Below are positions 32,003 to 43,395 of a stretch of DNA of 64,000 bases, in pieces. This stretch comes from Trypanosoma brucei (Eukaryota), in contig CP000071.1 of NCBI GenBank assembly GCA_000002445.1, forward strand, positions 1,632,001-1,696,000. Reading direction: 5' to 3'. Below the pieces are notes generated by a model that saw nothing but the letters and a program-made list of their open reading frames with translations, did no database searches and was not told the origin of the DNA. Made by a program: the position numbers and the translations under genes. Position 1 is the stretch's first letter. The number at the start of each line of letters is the position of its first letter.

Positions 32003-32700
32003 GGGAGGGTACCCACCATCAAGTAACTTTCAGATATATTCATCTTTGGCGACATGGTAAAGTAGATACGTTTTTACGGGTTTGATTGGTACCCGGCTGT
32101 TGGTTGAAGTGCGAGTATTGTGTTGCGACTGAGATTGTTATAGTAGACTATAATGGTCACTCCATCCATACACAATGCTGTAGCGGAGACGAGGCTAAGT
32201 GAATCGAATTAATAAGAAGCCTCAATGGAAATACACTATTGGTGACATTCCACGGGTAAACACTATGTTGCTTTTCGGATGTGGCGCAGGTGGCTAAGTG
32301 GAATGAAGAGGGGAAACTAGAAAAAAGGAAGGTTTGTAATGACAGAAGCAACATTAATGTTTGACAGTACCGTTCCCCGTAGGGAGACAAAAATTTGCCC
32401 ACACAAACTTGCGTGCGACGGTAAGTGATAATATGCATGCTCTTTCCGTCACTGTGGCGTCGACGCTTCTATTACTGTTAGTCGTTGTTCGGCTGAACTC
32501 GGAAACGATTTCCCTCGGTTGTTCGGCTTGTTCCCACTGCCTTATGTACGTTTATGTTATCATCTTCGCTGTATTTCAGTTCTCACTGATGGTCCAGCCG
32601 AGTTTGTTCAACGTTTGATGGAAAGCAAGAGCAGGTGATTAATAGCCCCTTATCGCGTCAAGTTTAACTTTTAAAACTTGTCGAACGTCGAGTGTTATTG

Positions 32701-32870
32701 AACGCTCCTTTTCCTTTACCTTTTGTTTTCATATTTTTATATTTTTCGTCAACGGTACTTTCTCTGTCTTTCCATATCTTTTTCGTCTTTGTTTTGCTGA
32801 AATAGCGAGTGTAATTCTTTCCTCCCCCCCCCCACACGCACACGCACCTCTTCCTGTGTGACTTTAAGTC
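32701..32870 (+). promoter_or_regulatory. Pyrimidine-rich tract upstream of the ORF at 33038 (putative SL acceptor region)
   Basis: 'cgctccttttcctttaccttttgttttcatatttttatatttttcgtc…tttccatatctttttcgtctttgttttgctg…tcctcccccccccc'. Confidence 0.4.
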
Positions 32871-33037
32871 GCGCACGAAAGGGATAAGGATGGCAGAAAA
32901 GGGGAATACAAGTAATGAGCGAACGAATGAAAGATAATGGGAGGGGAGTAGCAAAGCATCGTTTGCTCACAATTTCATTCATCAATACAAAAATGTGGAA
33001 GCGCACTAAGTTTATGGAATCGTACTTTCCAACTTGA

Positions 33038-34534
33038 ATGCCCTTCTCCCTTTTTAAACCACCGAGTTTTATTACCTCCCGTACTTTCTCTCTTGTTTCT
33101 TTTAAATTTTACATAGATATGCATGCGTATCATTTCCAGCACTACCGACAAATACGCCGCCACCCTGTTGCGCGGCCTCACACGCCACTGGCCGTTTGGG
33201 GACCTTCAGCGACGCGGGCAACAGCTGCCCGAATGGCTTCGACGGCACCGGCCCTCTCACTTCTCTCATGGTCCGTGGACGCAGCGGGTCAAACGCATCA
33301 CCGCTGCAAGCGCCGACTGACGTTGGCTGAGAGGATCCCTCTCCTCCAGCGCACCATTTCAGAGGCGGCTCCAGACATCGTTGCTTTGCAGGATTCCTCT
33401 CTGGAGGTGGCGGAAGCCCTCTGCTCTCCACAGTCATCATCTACCGTAGAAGGTGATCATATCGGACCAGGCCGCAGCGCCCTTCTTGAGGGAACTGAAA
33501 CCGAACAACTCCCACTCAACAAAGGGCGGGGTGAGTGTAGGTACCAATGTATAGGAAGCACACGCAACGGGCGATGTGGCCACATCCAGTTGTTCAGACG
33601 CATCGACTCCTTGTGGGACGGACGGTTGCTTCCCACTAGCCCTTGCCTTACAGCTGAATTCGTGTCAAATGCGTCGGGGTCTGATGGTGGCCTGCGTTTT
33701 GTACTGAGCAACGTTGATCTTACTTATCGTGGAAAAAGTCTGGGGTTAGGGGGGAGGCCACTTGCTCCACTGGAGGTGAGTTCGGGCGGAAGTCCATTTA
33801 CACTGCAGGTTGGTAGAGATGAAGCAACACCTGGGCGGCAACCGCAACTGCAAAGGGTCAGGGGGAGACTTGATCCTCATCGTGAAATAGCACTTGAATT
33901 TATTTCCAAGGTGGCAAAGCCCGACATTCTACTTGGGAACTTCTTCATGGGCCAAAGTGAGACTATGCCCGGTTACGAAGACGCATGGGTGCTTGCGGGA
34001 GCCCCAGCGGGGCATGAACGTACGGCAAATACATTTGCTCACCACAAACATGATGCTCAGACAAACTTCTTTTACTTCGTATCGGATGATGCACTAAAGA
34101 CCGTACCTGAGGGATCTTCCAGCACGAGGCTGCCACCACCAACATCCATTGCTGGAACCCCTGCTGACACGGGAATCGAACCTCCAGCAAATGACTGCCG
34201 TTTAAGCATCGAAAATACTGACTGCATCGACGGTAAACACAAAAGCATGGTGAGTTGGCCGGACACAGAAACAGTTGGAGAAGCGAGTGGTTGCGTGACA
34301 CCGCAAATAGCAGGCAGGTTTCAACGCTGCTTCTTCCGTTCTTTGCCATCGAAGCACCATAAGCGGGAGCATCCGCTTGTGCGACGGTATGGAAGGCGGC
34401 AGCTGCTTGTTCTAAAGCCCTTCACAGATGCGCGTCTGACGGAAAATGAAGCACGGCGCCTGGGTAGTGACCCTGAGAAGTTGGTGCGCTGCTCAGCATC
34501 CGATACGTACCCTATCTTAGTACTCCTTTCTTGA
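33038..34534 (+). CDS. Hypothetical protein, possibly a degenerate endonuclease/exonuclease/phosphatase (EEP)-fold protein
   Basis: 'AAPDIVALQDSS' resembles the EEP/TDP2-type 'PDV(I/V)xLQE' strand, and 'ILLGNFFMG' resembles the 'GDFN' strand, but the key acidic and His residues are not clearly preserved. The start is uncertain: the ORF begins in pyrimidine-rich leader sequence. Confidence 0.3.
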   Translation: MPFSLFKPPSFITSRTFSLVSFKFYIDMHAYHFQHYRQIRRHPVARPHTPLAVWGPSATRATAARMASTAPALSLLSWSVDAAGQTHHRCKRRLTLAERIPLLQRTISEAAPDIVALQDSSLEVAEALCSPQSSSTVEGDHIGPGRSALLEGTETEQLPLNKGRGECRYQCIGSTRNGRCGHIQLFRRIDSLWDGRLLPTSPCLTAEFVSNASGSDGGLRFVLSNVDLTYRGKSLGLGGRPLAPLEVSSGGSPFTLQVGRDEATPGRQPQLQRVRGRLDPHREIALEFISKVAKPDILLGNFFMGQSETMPGYEDAWVLAGAPAGHERTANTFAHHKHDAQTNFFYFVSDDALKTVPEGSSSTRLPPPTSIAGTPADTGIEPPANDCRLSIENTDCIDGKHKSMVSWPDTETVGEASGCVTPQIAGRFQRCFFRSLPSKHHKREHPLVRRYGRRQLLVLKPFTDARLTENEARRLGSDPEKLVRCSASDTYPILVLLS

Positions 34535-34730
34535 TTGTGGAGTTGCATTTGCTAGGTGATTTGGACGAGACAGTGCGGGGGTGCCCAATTCTTCCTCTTC
34601 TGAAAAAGGGAGAGCTTTTGTGGAACACGCGAGGACATTTCTTCCTGTTATTGTTGTGTTCGATGTGGAGGGCTAGTTTCCGTTGCTGAGCGCTGTCGCA
34701 GCATGTGAAGTGAAGGTGGGATACCTCTGT

Positions 34731-34845
34731 TGCGTCTTCTCTTTCTTTGACAAAGTTCCCCAGAAGAACAACGACGATTCTTTACCTGTTTTAATTGGTT
34801 TCCCTCCCCCCTTTCTCTTTATCTTTTACCCGCCGTTCGACTTGA
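34731..34845 (+). promoter_or_regulatory. Pyrimidine-rich tract upstream of the USP gene (putative SL acceptor region)
   Basis: 'tgcgtcttctctttctttgac … ttacctgttttaattggtttccctcccccctttctctttatcttttacccgccgttcgac', immediately 5' of the first in-frame ATG codons. Confidence 0.4.
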
Positions 34846-34848
34846 AGG

Positions 34849-37800
34849 GTGAGTCCACCTCTTTGTTGCGCACGAGGTATGCTTGATCTAGATAGCTGGG
34901 TGGATGAATTTCATGCCGGAAATGAACAGAAAGCGGTGAATCAAGACACCTGTAACGCCGCTGCGGGATCTTCACCCTCTCCGTTGAGTGTTGATGTCAT
35001 CACGTTGGCATATCGTCTGCGTACACCCTGCTGTGTCCGACACACCTTACCGTCCGATTGTCCGGTGGGGTGCGTGGCGTCACCATGGTGTCTCGCTGGA
35101 CTCAGCACCTTGTCAACAAATAACACTACACTACAAGATTTTGTAGCGGACCTTTTGGGTGATGATACGTCCCTTGCATCGTCGCATCAACCGCAGCTGC
35201 AACGGGGTGAACATGGGCCAAATGACGGTGATTCTCCTGCAGACACCTCCTCAGTAGACGTCTACAAATACCCTATTCGGAGAGGCATACGTGACTTGGG
35301 TAACACCTGTTATTTGAACGCTGTGCTGCAGATGCTCTTCCACATCCCTGCAGTACGGGATGAAGTGTTACGGGCGTCTGCTTCGTTCCCTGTCGCTGCC
35401 CACAACTCTGCAAAGAAGATTACGCCCCTTCTGGCATCAGGCTTAGGTGAGTTGTTCGCTGAGATGGCGTACAGTCGCGATGAGAGAGGTGTGGATGCCG
35501 AACGCTTTGCGACTTTCCTTTCCATCGATAAGGGGATCCAGCAGGATGCCCAAGAGTTCTTCGTGTTACTAATTAACTGGCTTCAGCGAGAGGTAGGAGA
35601 TGCTGTAAGACACGTCTTTGAGGGCACCATTTTGCATGATCGAGAGTGCAGCAAGTGTGGTCGATCGTGTAAGCGAGCCGAGCCCTTCTCCTTCCTTTCG
35701 CTCCCGGTGAGGCAGAGCATCGAGGAGTCGCTGGAGGAGTTACTCCGCGTCCATGAAGTGCAAGGTTTTAAATGCGAGGAATGTGGTGCTGTAACGAGTG
35801 CATTTTCGCGTCTGCATATTCGAACGTTACCTGACGTTCTTGTGGTTCATTTTAACCGGTTTAGTTTCAGTCTGCAGGAGAAGAGGCGGGAAAAAATAAC
35901 ACGATCAGTTAGTTTTCCGATTGAGTGGGATCTTACACCGTACAAAGATAGGTGGAGGCAAGTGCAAAAGCAAACGGCGAGTAATAATAGTGGTGTCGCC
36001 GATTCTGTAGTAGAAGCCCGTTCGAACGCTGCACAGCTTTACAGGCTTGTCGGCGTTGTCAACCATCACGGTGAGGCTGCAGTGTGTGGACACTACACCT
36101 ACCACGGGAAAATGGACGGCCACGGTGGATGGTATCAATTTGATAATGCAGTAGTGACGAGGCTACAGCGCTTTCATGGGACGCGGGCTTCGTCCAAAGA
36201 GGCCTATATGTTAGTGTACGAACGGCATGCGCATCCAACAAACAACCCATTGACTTCTGCTGAAGAAGACGTTGAGAGGGCGGGGTCACTGGACACAACT
36301 ATCATCTTGCCCCCTCATCTGCAAAATCATATCGAACGCCTAAATCACGAAGTGGAGAAGGTCCGACAGGCTAGGCAGTTGCAGCGGTCGGTTGTGATGA
36401 ATTTCCTGAAGCAGTGGAAAGATGTGGCCGATGATATCTTTTACCGCAGCGCGCGACGTAAGGGTCATCCAATAGCCGTTATGGAGGAGTGTGAAGATCT
36501 TACACAGTACGTAGCATTTCCCACTCGATGGATGAAGCTCTTCGGTCGCTGTTTCATTCCCTCTTATATTGATACAAATCGTTATTGTAGTTTCGAGAGA
36601 GGAATGAAGCGCCATCGCCGGAACTCGAGCAAATCGGCGGTTGAATTAAGTAATGAGTTGCCGGCGGCTGGTAGCGATAGCAAAGAAGTTGAAGACAATG
36701 CACCACTGGTGGCCGCGGAGATGGTTCTTGACACCACAAAAGGAGCGATGCCAGGGGACTGCGTTCTGATCAAGAGCATTTATAAGTCTACACTAACAGA
36801 CTACTTGGAGGACGTGCGTTGCCCTCACGGAAAATTAGCACCATGGGGTCAGTACAAACTTCTGTCAGGAGCTTCGGCCAGGAGATTGAATAGTTTTCTC
36901 AACAGCGTACCCTCGTTGCTCACTTCTCTAACTACTGTTGGTGAGTTTACTCCCTTCAAGGGGTGGAAACTTAGTGAGTACATTTGCGAGGAATGCGTCA
37001 AACGCATGTCGAAGGAGGTCCAGCGGATAAAGACGTCATGGAATGAGGACATGGAGATTCAGACCGCTGTCACCCCTACGTCCAAGTTTGCTGAACGTGA
37101 AGACGCCGACGAGTTGGTATACGTGAGTGTGGAAGCGGTGGAACACTGGGAACAGATGCTAAAGGTGACTGAAAAGTATCGGTACATTGTGAAGCAACAG
37201 GGATTCACGGGTCTTGTAGTTGCGATGAAAGCAAGAAGCGAGGATGTGGACACCGAAGTGATACCACTGCCGTCTCCGTCGAAGCTTCTGTGTGAACACC
37301 AACTTCTTTCCTCAGTTGCGGCAGTTCGCGAGGTTCCAGCATCTGTTTGGCATCTCCTCAAGAAGCGTATCTTGCAACTGTTCTATGGTGACAGTGTCAG
37401 CGTCAAGCATACCCTCACCCCTTCAGTGAAGGCACATATGGAAATGTTACTTCCCTACCTCCCTGTCAGTCGCACAGGCAAGTGCCTGGAATGCATTCAA
37501 AACAAAATGAGGATGATGATGGAGCGCCACAGTGCTAAGATGGAAAAGTTAAACGAAGGAAAGCGTTTTTCTACGCTTGTAGAGGCTAGTCGGGTGATGG
37601 CACTTCCTTCTGTGGAGGTTCGTATTCGACATCCCAACACGCTCGTGTGGAAACGAGATATTAAGCGCTCGTATCGTCGCTGTTACCGCACGTGGGAAAG
37701 GGAGCAAGAGGACAAGATCACGGCAGTTGAAGCTCGAATTAAGAGTCTGAAGGAGGTGGGGGGACAACGGGAGAAAAAACAGAGGACCCTCCCCACGCCG

Positions 37801-39138
37801 CCTGTAAGGTGCGACAGAAAGCAGTCACAAGAACCGTCGGACAGTCAACAAGTCTGTGAAGTGACCTGTGAAAACTCCCAATCTATCCCTGATGTTATGG
37901 AAGTTCCCTCACCTTTGCAATCGGCCTGTGACGAACTCGCTGCACTCCGTGCAGCGACACCCCCAGATGTTTCCGCTGTGTATGGTTGTATCCCAACATG
38001 GTGGGTAGCGCGGTGGTACAAATGGTATACAAATGATGCCGATACGGGTGTTGGCCCACCACCTTGTGTCGACTATTCTGCGTTTTTTTGCCAACACGGA
38101 GGCACGGTGCTGCCACCGAGTTCACTCAACCCCACAGACGCCCATTGGAGCAAAACATTTACCCTTGGCCCTATTATACGGGCATGGAAAAGTTGGCTGA
38201 AGGATCCATCGGCGCTTGATGTCGTTGAAGAGAGTGGGTCGGTCCACTTCCCTCCAATCGTGCTAGTACCGCTAAAGGAGATGATTGCCGTGCTCGAAAG
38301 GTATGGGGGCGAGGGACAGCTACTACCGGAGGTAACTGACTCAAAGGATCTTGTCACCCGCTTGAACAATGGCAGAGTTGTGTTGTTTGTGGAGCGAAGG
38401 GGGGAGCGCATGCTTGACCCGCCGACATGTGAGATCTGCTCGACTGCTGTACTTGACGGGGTTACAGAGTTGTCTCGGGGCTTCATAGATGGCAGTTTAC
38501 GGTTGCGTCTCCACCTTCGCCGCAGTAAGAGACAACACTACGATGCTAATGATGTGCTCTCTGGTGTTAGTTACAACATGACTGTGGGCAAACTGAAGGT
38601 TGAAATTTCTCAGCGAGTGCTTGAATATCACGGCTACATCCTACCTGTGAATGACATGAAATTGCTCCTCGGGCGAAAGCCGCTTGGACCCAATAGGATC
38701 TGCAAGGAGAACACATGTGCAAACAGCGATGGAAATGCTCCTGATGGCGCAGCTTCCCCTTCTGTAGCATCCGACGATCGCAATGAGGAGTCGACAACGG
38801 GAGCACTCTCCACGGTTGATGTGGACACATGTACGTTGTTTGAGTGCGGCCTTCGTGATGGCGATGAAGTAACAGTTGACGCCTCGAACACACCTTTAGA
38901 AAAGGTGCTAGTAAATGACAGCCTCTGTATTCGAGTGCCGGGGGCTCCAACATCCTCCTCAGAAACGCCAACTGCAGAAGACGTTGCGGCATTCGGAGCG
39001 ACTCGACTGTACGGAGTGCTGGATAACGTACAAAACGGGCGCGAGAGGAAGGCTCCAGGGCAGAAGGCATGTGCAGTTTGCACTTACCTGAACGTTCGCG
39101 AAGCGGAGCGCTGTGAAATGTGTGAAGCGGCACTGTAG
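34849..39138 (+). CDS. Ubiquitin carboxyl-terminal hydrolase (USP family) with C-terminal ubiquitin-like domain and RanBP2/NZF zinc finger
   Basis: Cys box 'GIRDLGNTCYLNAVLQMLFHIP', QQD box 'QQDAQEF', His box 'GHYTYHGKMDGHGGWYQFDNAVV'. A zinc ribbon inside the catalytic domain ('CSKCGRSCKR…FKCEECGAV'). C-terminal 'CAVCTYLNVREAERCEMCEA' fits the RanBP2 ZnF pattern C-x2-C-x3-N-x6-C-x2-C, with the T-Y…M spacing of ubiquitin-binding NZFs. Confidence 0.85.
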   Translation: MSPPLCCARGMLDLDSWVDEFHAGNEQKAVNQDTCNAAAGSSPSPLSVDVITLAYRLRTPCCVRHTLPSDCPVGCVASPWCLAGLSTLSTNNTTLQDFVADLLGDDTSLASSHQPQLQRGEHGPNDGDSPADTSSVDVYKYPIRRGIRDLGNTCYLNAVLQMLFHIPAVRDEVLRASASFPVAAHNSAKKITPLLASGLGELFAEMAYSRDERGVDAERFATFLSIDKGIQQDAQEFFVLLINWLQREVGDAVRHVFEGTILHDRECSKCGRSCKRAEPFSFLSLPVRQSIEESLEELLRVHEVQGFKCEECGAVTSAFSRLHIRTLPDVLVVHFNRFSFSLQEKRREKITRSVSFPIEWDLTPYKDRWRQVQKQTASNNSGVADSVVEARSNAAQLYRLVGVVNHHGEAAVCGHYTYHGKMDGHGGWYQFDNAVVTRLQRFHGTRASSKEAYMLVYERHAHPTNNPLTSAEEDVERAGSLDTTIILPPHLQNHIERLNHEVEKVRQARQLQRSVVMNFLKQWKDVADDIFYRSARRKGHPIAVMEECEDLTQYVAFPTRWMKLFGRCFIPSYIDTNRYCSFERGMKRHRRNSSKSAVELSNELPAAGSDSKEVEDNAPLVAAEMVLDTTKGAMPGDCVLIKSIYKSTLTDYLEDVRCPHGKLAPWGQYKLLSGASARRLNSFLNSVPSLLTSLTTVGEFTPFKGWKLSEYICEECVKRMSKEVQRIKTSWNEDMEIQTAVTPTSKFAEREDADELVYVSVEAVEHWEQMLKVTEKYRYIVKQQGFTGLVVAMKARSEDVDTEVIPLPSPSKLLCEHQLLSSVAAVREVPASVWHLLKKRILQLFYGDSVSVKHTLTPSVKAHMEMLLPYLPVSRTGKCLECIQNKMRMMMERHSAKMEKLNEGKRFSTLVEASRVMALPSVEVRIRHPNTLVWKRDIKRSYRRCYRTWEREQEDKITAVEARIKSLKEVGGQREKKQRTLPTPPVRCDRKQSQEPSDSQQVCEVTCENSQSIPDVMEVPSPLQSACDELAALRAATPPDVSAVYGCIPTWWVARWYKWYTNDADTGVGPPPCVDYSAFFCQHGGTVLPPSSLNPTDAHWSKTFTLGPIIRAWKSWLKDPSALDVVEESGSVHFPPIVLVPLKEMIAVLERYGGEGQLLPEVTDSKDLVTRLNNGRVVLFVERRGERMLDPPTCEICSTAVLDGVTELSRGFIDGSLRLRLHLRRSKRQHYDANDVLSGVSYNMTVGKLKVEISQRVLEYHGYILPVNDMKLLLGRKPLGPNRICKENTCANSDGNAPDGAASPSVASDDRNEESTTGALSTVDVDTCTLFECGLRDGDEVTVDASNTPLEKVLVNDSLCIRVPGAPTSSSETPTAEDVAAFGATRLYGVLDNVQNGRERKAPGQKACAVCTYLNVREAERCEMCEAAL

Positions 39139-41092
39139 GAAAGAAGGGCCGATTTGAGTTCCGAGCTGGAAGCCGCAGCCGGTGTGCCTGCCGGAGGCGA
39201 AGTTTGTTCAAAATATACGTATATATGTTTGTGAAGCGTGACGTGTGTTAGTGGCTAAGGAGGGGCCTATATTCGAATGTTGGGCTTTCCCTCTCCCTCC
39301 CTCGTGTCCGCGTGTATGCGGAATGACAACTTCATTTTAATGCATGCGCCGTTTTCACTTACTTAATTCTGGCGGTGCCACACTCCCCGTCGTGCCACCG
39401 GTAGCCGGTGGGTTGTCTTCGTTTCGTTGGAAATCCCCTCTCTTCCCCTTTCACCTTTGTTGTTTTGTTTTTCTGCGCACATACCACTGCATTGCAGGAC
39501 TCCTGTGTTTTCTCTTTTTCTGTTTTGTGGTTTTCCTACCCATATTAGCAGCTGGGGACGGTGGTGCTTACCGGGAGCGGTTGTGAGATATGCGAGCCCT
39601 GTACTTCAAAGCGAGCCGTTGCACCTGTAATACATTTGCTTGGGGGAGGTGGAGAAATTGTTTTCAGTTGCATATCATTTGAAGCGATCATAATGCTGTG
39701 TAGGGGATTGATGATCGGGATTGGTTAACGATCTGTACGTTTGTTGTACTTACCTTCTCTGCTTGTTGTGCTCCCTTCGTCAGATTTGTTTTTGCATTCG
39801 AATTGCTTTTCTTTTGTATCTTTTCCTTTCAGGGAGGAGGAGAGAACCTCTCTCACTTGGAGACCCAATACTTTGAATTTTAAAGGTATTGGGAACATAG
39901 AGTGGAAGCATGGGAAAATAGAGAGGCAAAGGGAAAAGGTATGGGAGAGTTGTTCGTTGTGAACGAGGATTTCCTGAAGGTGCGGCCTCTTCCCTTGTTG
40001 CTACTCAGTTCTTCACTTTACTTTATCGGCCTCATGCCTCGCTATTTCGGCTCGTGCTTTATTTTTTCTCTTTCCCAATCCATTATTTGTCAAAATATTT
40101 CCCATCATTACCCATCGGCAGCCTCACTACACACACACATATTTTTTTTTTTATAACCTCGTGCAAAAGGGAAGTGTGGGGCTGCCATGCTACGTGAGAG
40201 TTAATGGTGGTGAAAAAGGAAGGTAAGTTAGGCGGCGCGGAGGCGGGCTAATTTTTTTTTTTAATGATTTGAGGGGAGGAGCTCCTATTCCTTTTTGTTT
40301 TTTCTGTTATTGCTTCCTCTCCATAGAGAGAAGGGGGGTACATTTGCGTGTTTGTTACAATCGCGGTGCTTTGGGATGTGCCGCGGGAAGGCCACTGATT
40401 TACTGGATGGAAGAAGCGTTGCAGAATATGATGTTGCTTCCGTTGATTCCTTCATGGTGGCTTACTTCTTCGCCCCTTCATTCCTTCACAAGTTCTACAT
40501 TTATATTAATGAGTTGATGTCTCTGGGCGAGTGCCGTCGGAATGTGCCTGTATTCTTCGTATAAACTTTTGTGGATGCAGTCGCATTGCAGAAAAGGGGC
40601 GCAAATTAAATAATCTTTGAGTAAGCAGGGTAAACAGCGAAGGATGAAATAATATGAAAGTTTTGGCTTAATGTGTTCCGCTGCCTCTTGGTGCGTCTTC
40701 GTTCCTCTCTGGAACGCTCACGGGATTGCAAGCCTGTGCTTGGCCTGTGAGCTGCATGAAGCATATCGAGGGCATTTGCGAAAACGGGAACCATATGAAT
40801 CAGAAAAGAAATTTACTTCGGACTCTTCGGTCCGCGGCATGCCGCGGATGACCTAACAGTTGACAGTTTTCATGATGCGGCGCATCCCTGTCTATGATTT
40901 TCTCCTTTTCTTATACCTTCTTCTTAGGTGTTTCTAGTCCAAAAAAGTTCCGGTAGCATCTGACAAGGGAAGGCGAGGCAAGGGGGAAAAAAAGAAAAAG
41001 AAGCATCATTTATATACATTTTACTGCGTACAGTATCAATATCGGTAATAATAAAAGTAGTCTGTGGGGAATCTAAGAGCACATTATACATT

Positions 41093-42265
41093 ATGGCGCG
41101 CGTTGAACTGCCCGCGTTGATCGACTGCCATGTGCACTTTCGCGAGCCTGGTCTTGAATACAAGGGCGATATGCAGAGCGAAGCCGCTGCCGCATACGCT
41201 GGTGGCATTAATGTAGTGTGTGATATGCCCAATACCCAGCCGCCTACGCAGACAATTGAAGCTTTCGCGGACAAGGTGCTACGCGCCAGTAGAGTGAAGT
41301 CACGATGTGACATGCGGTTCTTCTTTGGTGCTACGGCACACGAACATATAGAGCAACTGGAGTTGATGTGGACGCAACCGCAACACGCTGAGTTGCGGAG
41401 GCGTTGCGCAGGCCTCAAATTGTACTTGGACAATTCCACTGGTAACATGAAGAGCAGTGGAGAGGTCGTTGAGGCGGCGTTTGCACTGTGCGGAAGACTT
41501 GGAATTCCACTTGTAGCGCACTGTGAGCATGCCGAGCACAATGAGGCGGCTTCCGCGGCCCATGCGTACACGGGACCGGCTTCCCACTCCAGGCGGCGAC
41601 CCGCCGAGTCGGAGGTTGCATCAATATCCCAAGCAATTGAGCTTGCGGGTCGCTATTCCACACAGTTACATATTGCACACTTGTCGACCGCCGGCGGTGT
41701 TGAGTGCTTGCGGCGGGCGCGGGCTGCGAGTGCTGCCGGCAAAAAAGGTGTTCCGCGTATTACAGCGGAGGTGACGCCGCACCACTTATTTCTAACGGAG
41801 GGTGACTATTGCGGTTGTGGAAGCCGGGTGAAGGTGAATCCGCCTGTGCGGCAGTGGAGCGACGTGGAGCAGCTGTGGGAGGCGGTGTTAGACGGAACGG
41901 TAGATTGTATCGCCACCGATCACGCGCCACACACGCTGCAAGACAAAAGTGATGAGTCGAACCCGCCGAGTGGAATGCCGTCTATTGAGCTGGTCGTGCC
42001 ACTCCTGCTGACAGTGTGCGCCGGACGGTGGCCGCACCCAACAACATCCATGCCAAAGGCCTTGCAAGAGCGTAAGTTGACGGTGGATGACATTGTGCGG
42101 CTCATGCATACAAACCCAAATCGAATATTCGGTTTGGATGTGACGGAAGAGAAGAAGCGGACATTTGACACAAGTGTGGAATGGGTTGTAGAGGAATCAC
42201 AGCTACATTCCAAGTGCAAGTGGTCACCGTATGCAAACTGGAAGCTTGTGGGGAAAGTAATGTGA
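41093..42265 (+). CDS. PYR3: Dihydroorotase (cyclic amidohydrolase superfamily)
   Basis: Metal-binding 'LIDCHVHFREPG' (D-x-H-x-H), 'VVCDMPNT', Asp-bearing 'IATDHAPH' and overall ~390-aa length match type I dihydroorotases. The PYR3 symbol follows trypanosomatid pyrimidine-pathway naming and is tentative. Confidence 0.75.
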   Translation: MARVELPALIDCHVHFREPGLEYKGDMQSEAAAAYAGGINVVCDMPNTQPPTQTIEAFADKVLRASRVKSRCDMRFFFGATAHEHIEQLELMWTQPQHAELRRRCAGLKLYLDNSTGNMKSSGEVVEAAFALCGRLGIPLVAHCEHAEHNEAASAAHAYTGPASHSRRRPAESEVASISQAIELAGRYSTQLHIAHLSTAGGVECLRRARAASAAGKKGVPRITAEVTPHHLFLTEGDYCGCGSRVKVNPPVRQWSDVEQLWEAVLDGTVDCIATDHAPHTLQDKSDESNPPSGMPSIELVVPLLLTVCAGRWPHPTTSMPKALQERKLTVDDIVRLMHTNPNRIFGLDVTEEKKRTFDTSVEWVVEESQLHSKCKWSPYANWKLVGKVM

Positions 42266-43395
42266 ATGCGCCTGATCGGTTCAGCAGGAGCAGGGAGGTT
42301 GTTGGTGAAGGGAACATATTTGTGTTAGGTGCATTTGTTTTTGAAGGAGAGGGCAAGGGCGATGTTTCATTTTGTTTTAGCATCTGAATGGAGAAGCTGA
42401 GCGTTGCGAAGGATTAACCCCTTTTCAGACAGACGTAAGCGCGCAGGCACGTGCTCACTTCGCGCTGAGATCGCTTTTGGTCGGCGAGGAGGACGATCGA
42501 TTAAGTTTTTTTTTGTCATTTATTTAACTTTCTACCATCATGGGAAGCGCAACAAAAATGGGCGTTTAAGGAATGGTAAACCAGGAATGACTTAGTGCGA
42601 GCTGTGTATGTGGATACAACCAAGGTCCCACTGAATGTATTCTTGCCCGGGTTGCAAAATGAACACTTCCCGGTACCGTAGATGCCAGTGAACATCTTAG
42701 TGAACATTATTCCTTCAGTACATTTTGTGCGATAAGGGGCGCGGTGGTAGGCAGATGGCTGTGAGTTTGCTGTCACTCGTTATGACTGTGTATTGTGTTT
42801 TGGTACACAGCCACATTCAACCAGATGGTGAAACATTTAATGAGCGCTTTTCCTGCAGCGCCCGCACTGATTCGCATGTTAACACGGCGAAATAACGGTG
42901 AATGAAACGTTGCACCGGTTGTCAACTAAACAGTGGAGACTCGGAAAGGATAACTCAAATGGGGGGAGAAAAAGGTAGACACAGGGAGACGTGTCATTTT
43001 ATTTTTCAAGTTTGGGAAGCAAACTGAATTACTGCCCGTGAAACAACGACTGAAATGTTGGGAATTCTTCACCACATGCAGGCGTATTAGGCACCCTCTA
43101 CGCTTTATTTTTCAATTATGTTTAATGTTTTTTTTTTACAGCTGACATTTTGAATCACATGATGACGCGCGTACATATGTTTAATATTGGCGAGATGGTT
43201 CTGTATGTTGTGGCAATGTGCTGCCGGCGAATAAATTCATAACGTCTAGTTTTTATTTTCTCCCCATTCAATATGCACACAACCTTCAGAGAGTGTAGGT
43301 GCTGTAGACATTGACTGTACTACCTTACACTGAAGGAAAAAGGATATTCAACATCATCTTAGTTATTTAACATCAGCCCTCCTTATTACGTATCA

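Noticed and set aside
38567-39211. 214-aa - strand ORF antisense to the USP 3' end/NZF
   Set aside because: It is a shadow ORF. The sense strand encodes a textbook RanBP2 zinc finger and ubiquitin-like domain.
40924-41571. 215-aa - strand ORF overlapping the dihydroorotase start
   Set aside because: It overlaps the metal-binding N-terminus of a clearly conserved + strand enzyme and has no independent support.
43150-43170. C-box-like 'UGAUGA' ('cacatgatgacgcg') suggesting a C/D snoRNA
   Set aside because: There is no appropriately spaced D box (CUGA) with terminal stem complementarity within 60-100 nt, so I could not support an snoRNA call from sequence alone.
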